In this document: one piece after another, positions 15,834 to 23,000 of the stretch
Layout of the letters: each line of letters opens with the position of its first letter
How positions within the stretch are numbered: position 1 is the stretch's first letter
Assembly: GCA_018221165.1 (NCBI GenBank)
Contig: JAAOYD010000107.1
Location: 1-23,772, forward strand
Length of the DNA: 23,772 nt
Reading direction: 5' to 3'
DNA from: Candidatus Woesearchaeota archaeon
GTDB lineage: Archaea > Nanobdellota > Nanobdellia > Woesearchaeales > UBA525
Made by a program: the position numbers and the translations under genes
Notes under the pieces: generated by a model
The model's database searches: none
Seen by the model: only the letters and a program-made list of their open reading frames with translations
What the model was told of the DNA's origin: nothing

Positions 15834-16000
15834 GAAAACTTCATTCTCGAGTGATAACGCCTGAGGGCGATATGGGGGGGAAGCGCACACGCGCTTAACT
15901 ATGCTTCTCACCTCTTTTTCCCGGGAAGGTCTCTTGCTTTGCGCAGGGGGCCTTCTTGGGTTTCTCACTGCTCAAGAAGACTCTTCTATTTTTTTGTGAC

Positions 16001-16483
16001 CTATCCGAAGTAGCCACGTTCGCCCTGGAGGGGCTGCTCTTTCTTCCAGTCAGAATGCAATTTAGAGATAATCGTCCGTAGCCAGTCCTTTTTGGCTTCC
16101 CAACGTGGAATAGCGCTTTTCAGAAATCTTCGATACGCTTCCTCGTTTGCTTCGATATCTGCCATGGTGAATTGCCTGAGGACGCTCATGAGCTCACGAT
16201 AGGACTTCGCGACCTGCTCAATCTCGGCTTCAGTGAAGAAACTACACTCATTCATCGCCGCTAATCCTGAATCTGGCTGAAGTAGCTCCTCGAGTAGCTG
16301 AGCGAAGCCTGCCACACGATCTTTCACTTTCTTCGCCATTTCTCGGGCAATAGAGGGTGTTTCTTCGTTGATTGTCAGAAGTTCGAACTCTTCCATCAGC
16401 GATTTCGTCTGTTCAAAGCCGCAAGCGAGCAATTCCTTCTCCAAATCCTCTTTAAGGGTCGGAAGCTTCTTCTCTTTGTCCAT
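16001..16483 (-). CDS. Hypothetical alpha-helical acidic protein, divergent from the RHH cassette
   Basis: 160 aa. TATA (minus ATATAAA, 16509-16515) lies 26 nt upstream of ATG 16483, giving leaderless geometry. I recognise no motif. Confidence 0.55.
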   Translation of the reverse strand: MDKEKKLPTLKEDLEKELLACGFEQTKSLMEEFELLTINEETPSIAREMAKKVKDRVAGFAQLLEELLQPDSGLAAMNECSFFTEAEIEQVAKSYRELMSVLRQFTMADIEANEEAYRRFLKSAIPRWEAKKDWLRTIISKLHSDWKKEQPLQGERGYFG

Positions 16484-16508
16484 AGTGTTCTCAGGGTCCC
16501 CAGGGCTG

Positions 16509-16515
16509 TTTATAT
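16509..16515 (-). promoter_or_regulatory. TATA-like box for the 16483 gene
   Basis: ATATAAA on the minus strand, 26-32 nt from the ATG. Confidence 0.4.
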
Positions 16516-16546
16516 CCCTTTCGTGCAGCGAAAACGAGTCGAAACA

Positions 16547-16554
16547 TTTAAATA
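16547..16554 (+). promoter_or_regulatory. TATA box (TTTAAATA) with purine-rich BRE-like GAAACA upstream; candidate promoter of the RHH-ATPase cassette
   Basis: Only strong plus-strand TATA candidate in the 191-nt divergent spacer (a weaker CTAAATGTAATA lies at ~16615-16630). The predicted TSS at ~16575-16580 falls inside the iteron array. Confidence 0.4.
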
Positions 16555-16560
16555 GCAGAT

Positions 16561-16593
16561 ATTACAGGTGTAATACAGGCAAATTACAAAAAC
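16561..16593 (+). promoter_or_regulatory. Three tandem 11-bp iterons (ATTACAGGTGT / AATACAGGCAA / ATTACAAAAAC); candidate RHH operator
   Basis: Read directly from the sequence. The periodicity of 11 bp is one helical turn. The first two units also form the inverted repeat ATTACA-GG-TGTAAT (16561-16574). Further copies are TGTAATAC at 16622-16629 (inverted) and TTTACAGAAAAC at 16647-16658. Confidence 0.45.
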
Positions 16594-16674
16594 TCCTCAA
16601 AAGCGCATAGAAACGACTAAATGTAATACGAGTGTCTTACGCTTGTTTTACAGAAAACGACAGTGACGCGCGCG

Positions 16675-16821
16675 ATGGTAGCGACGACAGCAACAGTGAA
16701 CATCAGGCTTCCGAAGGAAGTCTCCGACATTCTAGATACTCTTGTCGAGCGTAAGCTCTTTGCCAACCGCAGCGAAGCTATCCGTGAATTCTGCAGGGAC
16801 TATCTCGAGGTGAGGCGCTGA
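16675..16821 (+). CDS. Ribbon-helix-helix (CopG/Arc/MetJ-type) DNA-binding protein, 48 aa
   Basis: Below the track size cut-off. Hand translation gives MVATTATVNIRLPKEVSDILDTLVERKLFANRSEAIREFCRDYLEVRR*. This is the classic RHH pattern: beta strand VNIRLP, helix, then (S/N)RSEAIREa..yL. The stop TGA shares its A with the next ATG (16821). Confidence 0.7.
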   Translation: MVATTATVNIRLPKEVSDILDTLVERKLFANRSEAIREFCRDYLEVRR

Positions 16822-17096
16822 TGCCTGCTGAGCAAATCGTCACGGTTCGCATGCCTGCTAGCCTCGTCGAAGCGCTCAAAGCCAGAATAGCACCAGATCA
16901 TTACTCTGACCTCTCGGAACAGGTGCGTAGCATCGTCAGGAAAGGCTGCCTCCACTACGTTAACCCAGTTACGAGTGAAATTAAGGAACTAAAAACCCAA
17001 CTCAAAGCGGAGCTCATGCAAGAGTCAGGAGATGACCGCGCGAAAGCCCTCATTGACGAGCTCAAGAATCTGCTCAAGGGAGGTGACGCGTCATGA
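16821..17096 (+). CDS. Second RHH-like protein with C-terminal coiled-coil extension, 91 aa
   Basis: IVTVRMPASLVEALKARIAPDHYSDLSEQVRSIVRKG fits a beta-strand/helix/helix RHH core, followed by the amphipathic helix EIKELKTQLKAELMQE...LIDELKNLLKGG. GAGGTGA lies 8 nt upstream, and its stop overlaps the next start (ATGA). Confidence 0.6.
   Translation: MPAEQIVTVRMPASLVEALKARIAPDHYSDLSEQVRSIVRKGCLHYVNPVTSEIKELKTQLKAELMQESGDDRAKALIDELKNLLKGGDAS
17079..17086 (+). promoter_or_regulatory. Shine-Dalgarno GGAGGTGA embedded in the last codons of the upstream gene
   Basis: 6-nt spacer to ATG 17093. The context GGAGGTGACGCgtCATGA is nearly identical to that at 20039-20056. Confidence 0.7.
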
Positions 17097-20056
17097 ATCG
17101 CATCATCTCTTTCATCATTATCTTCACACTCTTTTTCGCTTCCCCGGTACTGGCAAGTATCGACCTTGTCACACCATTAGCTGACGCGGCCACGAACGAC
17201 CAGAACGCAACCTTTGAGTACTATCCGAGTATACAAGGTATCGAACGCTGCACTCTTGATCTCGAGGGAGAGGAATTCCTTGACGTGACTATTGATAACG
17301 AGGAGTTCAACACTTTTACAGTTGTCAATATCGCTCCCGGCAACTACGATTGGAGCGTCAGTTGCGAGAACAGCACAGCAACAGAGCAATCCGGACAACG
17401 AACGCTGCTCATCGATTGGACACCACCAGAACTCACTATTATCGAACCGGTCGAGAACGCTACCATTGAAGGCTCTATTATCAAGGTGACTGCGAGCGAC
17501 GACAATGACGATGAGGTTGCCTGCAGTGCTTATCACGGTGCGACCTTCCTTGCGAGCTTTACTATCGAGGATGGTGGACTCAAGAACGTTGACCTTGGAC
17601 TTGGCACAGGCACCTATACTATCACTGTTACTTGTTTCGACGAAGCGACGAACGGCGCAATCAAGCAACACACTTTCACGGTCGTTGAGCCCATCCCCAA
17701 CCTATTCCTTGAGCTCTCAACGAACAAGCAGCTCTATTCCCTTGGTGAATCCATAGCGCTCACCATTGACACGCTTAATGAGGCGAGTGTGAGCATTGAA
17801 GTCTGTCCGGACACACAGGGATTCGTCAAATGCTTTACCCCCCTCATCGATGACGGATTTCCCCAGACAGTAGTACTTCCATACACAAATAGCACGGGGA
17901 CCTACCTCATCGATGGCACTGCCGCCCTCGGTGACCAAACAGTCTATTACACGATTACTTACACTGTCGAGAACACTATGACAGTTGCAATAGCATCTGA
18001 TGTGGCGCCAGCATACAACCGTGAGATAACGCTCACCGCGACGGCAAACGGTGCCCTTGGCGAAGTCACATATGTCTGGACACTACATGATGATACTGAA
18101 GTGAACGGAAGTAAAATTGACATCACTTATAGTGATGCTGGCAGCTACACAGAAACAGTTGTCGCTACTGACGAGAGCGGGAACTCAGTTGAAGCTCAAT
18201 TCACTGCGACTATTGAGACTGTGTACGACATTGAAGTCCACGTCAAGGACGCAACGACGAATGAAGTACTCGGCGGTGCGACTGTCCAGTTTGAGGACAC
18301 AGAAGATCATTCATTCACAGCAGATACTGACACTAATGGCAAGACATACTTCTCGCTCGAGAAAGGAGATTACGATCTCTTCGTTTCGAAAATAGGCTAT
18401 GAGTACAACCTGCAGGAAGTCAAGCTCGACAAACAGCAAACCTTCGTCATCTCGCTCACTTCCACTGGACAGTATAAGCCACTTGTTACGATAGTCTCAC
18501 CAGGACCGGATGCTACCACAAGCATTCCGACAATCATCAGCTTCACGGTCAATCACGACCAAGAGACTGTTTGCACACTCTCATACATCTCTGAAGGAAG
18601 TCAATGGCTCGAGCAATCAGGCATCGTCACGGTTCCAGCGGACGGTGAAGGTGCTTTCGACCTTACTGCCCTCGAAGAGAAGACCTATAGATTCAAGATT
18701 GGGTGTGAAGACGCACAGGGTTTCCTCGGTGAGAGTGAAGAGCGTAGTTTCACTGTCGACGAAGATGCAGAAGATGAGACCGAGCTTGTTACTGATGCAT
18801 GGGGTAATGACCCGCTAGATATCATTGACCGTGCATACGGAGCATATGACTCATTCAACGCAGACCAGCGGACACTCGCTGACCTCCTCTCTTGGGAAGA
18901 CTCAGTGAAACAACAGAAGCGCGCTATCGAACGCGCGTTGCGCGACAGAGATGCAGTACGGTTCAGGAATGATCTTACAGATGCTGAGAAGCAGACGAAG
19001 ACAAAAGAATTTGACCGCACCATCACTGAAGCACAACAGACGACTCCATTTGACCTTGCAGTTCTAGAGAAAAAGAAGCGGGTCGAGAACCTCAACAGTG
19101 CTGACATCGCAGCCATCGTCGAAAGTATCATTGAATCTAAGGAATACACACTCACTGCTAAACAAGCGCAGGGATGGCTTGATGAGCTCCAGCAAGGGTT
19201 CACGAAAGAGACGACTGTCTTTCGTGGGAAGATACTCATGGCAGATGGTACTGAGCGAGACATAAGTCTCATCACATACACATTCACGTACAAGAACCCT
19301 GACGCGCTCGAGGACCACACGCTCTACGAACTCATCCCCGAGCAAATGGCTGCAGATGCAAAGAGTGTTATCACTTTGAACAAGCACGTGGTCACTAAGA
19401 CTCAACCACCGGTGCTTGAATTCCAGCCCGAGAAGACAATCACGTATTATGTTGAGGTAGACGTGCCAATCAGCACACTCCTCGGAGCCCAGACAGTCTT
19501 GCTCAAGAAACTCACCGTGTCAGACATGGAAGAAGTGACAGGAAAGGCATTCCTGTCCAACTCAACGAGATTTGACTGGAAGCTCAGTCTTGCGCTGACG
19601 ATACTGCTCACGATTCTCATCGCTGCTGCTCGTCGCTTCGATGCGGTTAGACACTTCAAGTATCTTTTCTATGCTGAATCGAAGAAGAAGTCACTCCACG
19701 CAATCCAGACCATCATCAATGACGGTCACTCACACCTTGACGCGGGCGACCTTGAACGCGCGATGATGCGATACAAGGAAGCGAAGCTCTCCTACGAACA
19801 CTTGAGTGCGTATGCGCAGAACGAGGTTCTCCCCGACATACTCCGTCTTCACGAATTCCTCGACGACGCCTACTTCCGGAAACTACTGAACCGTATCGGT
19901 GAAGCGATTGATGCGGGCAGGATGGCTGACGCGATTGAGGACTACGCTCGACTCGAAGGAACCTTCGAACACCTTCCCGCTGAGAAGCAGAATGATCTCA
20001 TCATGGTCGTAAATGAGATTTCGCGCAAGCTCCACCTTGGAGGTGACGCTGCATGA
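17093..20056 (+). CDS. 987-aa type-I membrane surface protein: signal peptide, multiple Ig-like/PKD-like/CarboxypepD_reg-like modules, coiled coil, one C-proximal TM helix, 138-aa helical cytosolic tail
   Basis: Signal peptide MNRIISFIIIFTLFFASPVLASID. Cys-paired Ig-like modules with D-W-T-P-P-E-L-T-I boundaries. PKD-like module ~17978-18217 (ITLTATANG...VTYVWTL.D....G..I.ITYSDAGSYTETVVATDESGN). CarboxypepD_reg-like module ~18230-18457 (VHVKDATTNEVLGGATVQFED...TDTNGKTYFSLEKGDYDLFVSKIGY). TM WKLSLALTILLTILIAAARRF at 19577-19639. Confidence 0.85.
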   Translation: MNRIISFIIIFTLFFASPVLASIDLVTPLADAATNDQNATFEYYPSIQGIERCTLDLEGEEFLDVTIDNEEFNTFTVVNIAPGNYDWSVSCENSTATEQSGQRTLLIDWTPPELTIIEPVENATIEGSIIKVTASDDNDDEVACSAYHGATFLASFTIEDGGLKNVDLGLGTGTYTITVTCFDEATNGAIKQHTFTVVEPIPNLFLELSTNKQLYSLGESIALTIDTLNEASVSIEVCPDTQGFVKCFTPLIDDGFPQTVVLPYTNSTGTYLIDGTAALGDQTVYYTITYTVENTMTVAIASDVAPAYNREITLTATANGALGEVTYVWTLHDDTEVNGSKIDITYSDAGSYTETVVATDESGNSVEAQFTATIETVYDIEVHVKDATTNEVLGGATVQFEDTEDHSFTADTDTNGKTYFSLEKGDYDLFVSKIGYEYNLQEVKLDKQQTFVISLTSTGQYKPLVTIVSPGPDATTSIPTIISFTVNHDQETVCTLSYISEGSQWLEQSGIVTVPADGEGAFDLTALEEKTYRFKIGCEDAQGFLGESEERSFTVDEDAEDETELVTDAWGNDPLDIIDRAYGAYDSFNADQRTLADLLSWEDSVKQQKRAIERALRDRDAVRFRNDLTDAEKQTKTKEFDRTITEAQQTTPFDLAVLEKKKRVENLNSADIAAIVESIIESKEYTLTAKQAQGWLDELQQGFTKETTVFRGKILMADGTERDISLITYTFTYKNPDALEDHTLYELIPEQMAADAKSVITLNKHVVTKTQPPVLEFQPEKTITYYVEVDVPISTLLGAQTVLLKKLTVSDMEEVTGKAFLSNSTRFDWKLSLALTILLTILIAAARRFDAVRHFKYLFYAESKKKSLHAIQTIINDGHSHLDAGDLERAMMRYKEAKLSYEHLSAYAQNEVLPDILRLHEFLDDAYFRKLLNRIGEAIDAGRMADAIEDYARLEGTFEHLPAEKQNDLIMVVNEISRKLHLGGDAA
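19577..19639 (+). other. Transmembrane helix of the 987-aa protein (WKLSLALTILLTILIAAARRF)
   Basis: 21 hydrophobic residues followed by RRF..R.FK, consistent with the positive-inside rule and a cytosolic tail. Confidence 0.7.
20039..20046 (+). promoter_or_regulatory. Shine-Dalgarno GGAGGTGA embedded in the last codons of the 987-aa gene
   Basis: 6-nt spacer to ATG 20053. Context is GGAGGTGACGCtgCATGA. Confidence 0.7.
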
Positions 20057-23000
20057 GGACGATAACTCGACAACGCCGCGCTGCCTTCTGGCTTGGCATT
20101 CTCCTCCTCACGATTTTCGCGATTAAAGGCCTAGTTATTGTTAGCCAGTTCATCGGCTACGCAACGAGTTCTGATGCAGAGGCAGGAACAATCACCCAAC
20201 TCATCATCCGCCATGAAGTACCAACGGAAAACTGGGCTGCGGTATTCGGTGTTGCTGTGCGCGTACCTGGTTATCTCAATCAACAGTTTGAGGATTTCAC
20301 CGCGGGTGACATGGAAGAAACTAACCTCCTCTTCGATTGCATGGAAAGCAACATAGAACATGAGGTCTTTGTGACAGAGTCTGACCCTGCACTTTTGGAC
20401 ATCTCGAACATGTTCTCTATCACTGTTGCGGAGCTTGATGCCTATTATGGACGTGATTCTAATGACTTTGATAGCGCGACGAACACCTTCACGCAGGCTA
20501 TTAGTTTCCAATACGGTTCAACGACAGTGAATACTGTTGGTACTGTAGCCTACAAGCTCGGCGAATCACCCCCGACGACTTTTAGGATAGCGGCGGCGCA
20601 ACTCTCTGATGGCTCACCGGTGTATGTGGCGATAGTAACGAACTTCACTGATGGGTATAATGGGCGACTCTACAACTACCAGCTCCTCCTTCCTGCTTCG
20701 ATAAATGTGACGACTCGCTATTACTTTTGGACTGACCCTAATGATATCTGCCCTGAAGGTGAAGGGCAAGAGCCCAACAAGGGTGTCGTATTCGGCAAGG
20801 TCACGACAACAACTGGCATTCCTATTCCTGGCGTCATCGTTGAGGTGGCTGGCGTTACGAACATCACCGACATTAATGGAAACTATACTATCAGAACTCA
20901 AGAAGGAACCCACAATATCTTTGCAATCAAGACAGGGTTCGATGTCTACAAGAACAACGTTACAGTAATCGCGAACAACAAAACGCGTCATGACATCATC
21001 CTCGAAGAGACAGTCATCCCGAACGACAACACAGGTATCGGCCCTGGACAGGACAACCCGGGGGATGATGTTGGGCCTGCACAACAGGAAGGAATCGGTC
21101 CAGGGCAGGATGTTGGTCCTGGTGAGGCACCGCTCGTCCCATTCGTGCAGCAGCCGAAAGTCATCGAAGGCAAGGATTTCATAATTAGCCTTACAGAGTT
21201 GAACAGAAAATTGCGCCTCGGCCAGTTCGTGCAGGACCGAATCTACATCTACAATTTCCGGAAGACCCCTGTGACAATCACCTTAGCGGTTAACGGCACG
21301 AATATCAGCCGTCTTATCACCGTTGATAAGAACGAGATTGTCGTCGACCCGAACGGGAAGGGTGAGTTCGTGCTCACAATCTTTGGTGTTGGTAGCACGG
21401 GCATCTTCAACGGCACGATTGAGTTGGATGGTGACATCAACGCTTCTATTCCTGTGCGTATAGATATCTTGCCGCGCGAACAACTTCCTATAGAGGCACT
21501 TCATATAGAGGTGGAGACTGCAGAGAAGCGATACTACCCGAATGACCTGGTCAGAGTGAAGACTGACTTACGTAACATGCTCATTGATCAGCAATATCCT
21601 GTTAGGCTCTTCTTTACAGTGCAGAACCCTGAAGGCGATGAGACTATCTGGAGCTACGAGACGAACGTGCATATCAAGACTGCATTCAGTCTTATCAAGA
21701 GCTTCAAGCTACAGAACAGCGTCAAGAGTGGTGATTACATCCTCCGTGTTAGCGCTACATATTTGGGATTGAGCAGCGGGACGAGCACGATATTCCATGT
21801 CGCTGTGCCGTTCTGGCAACGTAGTCTCTTCGGTTTGAAGTATTGGCTCTGGTTCCTTATCCTAGCGTTCATCGCAGCTGGCATCGGCGCGTTCTTCTAT
21901 ATCAGGAAGAAGATTGAGGAGAAGAAGAAATATCACCTCAAGGTCGACTACGACGAGCTGCCGAAACCAGGACCGCGCAGCATTTATGTCGGGAAGATTG
22001 CTGAGACTGACAAGACGACCTATTTCAATCTCGAGAACTTCAAGACGCACACTATCGTCGCTGGCTCGACAGGTGGTGGTAAATCGGTGAGTGCCCAAGT
22101 TATCATTGAGGAAGCTCTTGACAAGGATATTGCGGTCGTCGTCTTTGACCCGACGGCACAATGGACTGGTATGCTCCGGCCGTGCAAGGACAAGACTATG
22201 CTCGCACTTTACCCACTCTATGGTATGAAGAAGACTGACGCGAAGGCTTTCCCAGGAAACATCCGACAGATTAACAACGCGCGTGAGAAGATTGACATCA
22301 GGAAGTATGCGAAACCAGGCGAGATTCAGGTGTTCTGCGGGCACAAGCTCGATCCGAAGGACATGGACATCATGGTCGCGAATGCAATCAGGGAAATTTT
22401 CCACGCGAGCTTCCCCGAAAACAAGCTCCTCAAGATATTCTTCGTCTTTGATGAGGTGCACCGACTCCTGCCGAAATTCGGTGGCAGTGGCGATGGCTTC
22501 CTCCAAATCGAGCGTGGTTGTCGTGAATTCCGTAAGTGGGGTCTTGGCATGATGCTAATCTCACAGGTCCTGAGCGACTTCGTCGGTACAATCAAGGCGA
22601 ACATCAACACAGAAATCCAGATGCGAACCCGCGACGAAGGTGACCTCGAACGTATCAGGCAGAAGTACGGCGAGGATGTGTTGCGCAGTCTGGTGAAAGC
22701 AACAGTTGGTACAGGTATGGTGGAGAATCCCGCCTATAACAGAGGTCAGCCGTACTTCGTTGGTTTCAAACCACTCAAGCACAGCGTCGAGAGGTTGACT
22801 GATGAGGAGATTGAGCAGTACAACGAGTATAACGATAGGATTGACAACCTCTACTACAGTCTCGAACAGCTTGAAGAGGCGAAGATAGATGTTTTCGATC
22901 TCAAGCTTGAACTCAAGCTCGCCCTCGATAAAGTAAAAACTGGAAATTTCAACATGGTCAAGATATATTTGGAAGGCCTCGAGCCGCGCATTGACAAGCA

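Noticed and set aside
15801-15968. N-terminal extension of the 15285 ORF to Met at 15968 (227-aa version).
   Set aside because: The extension is Arg/Pro-rich and runs through a GC-rich palindromic spacer and over the TATA box. The internal Met at 15800 has correct leaderless geometry.
16675-17096. The RHH pair as a toxin-antitoxin module.
   Set aside because: The second protein also has an RHH-like N-terminus plus a coiled coil, with no resemblance to RelE/ParE/CcdB/PIN/Doc-type toxins. Both genes are translationally coupled to the large downstream genes.
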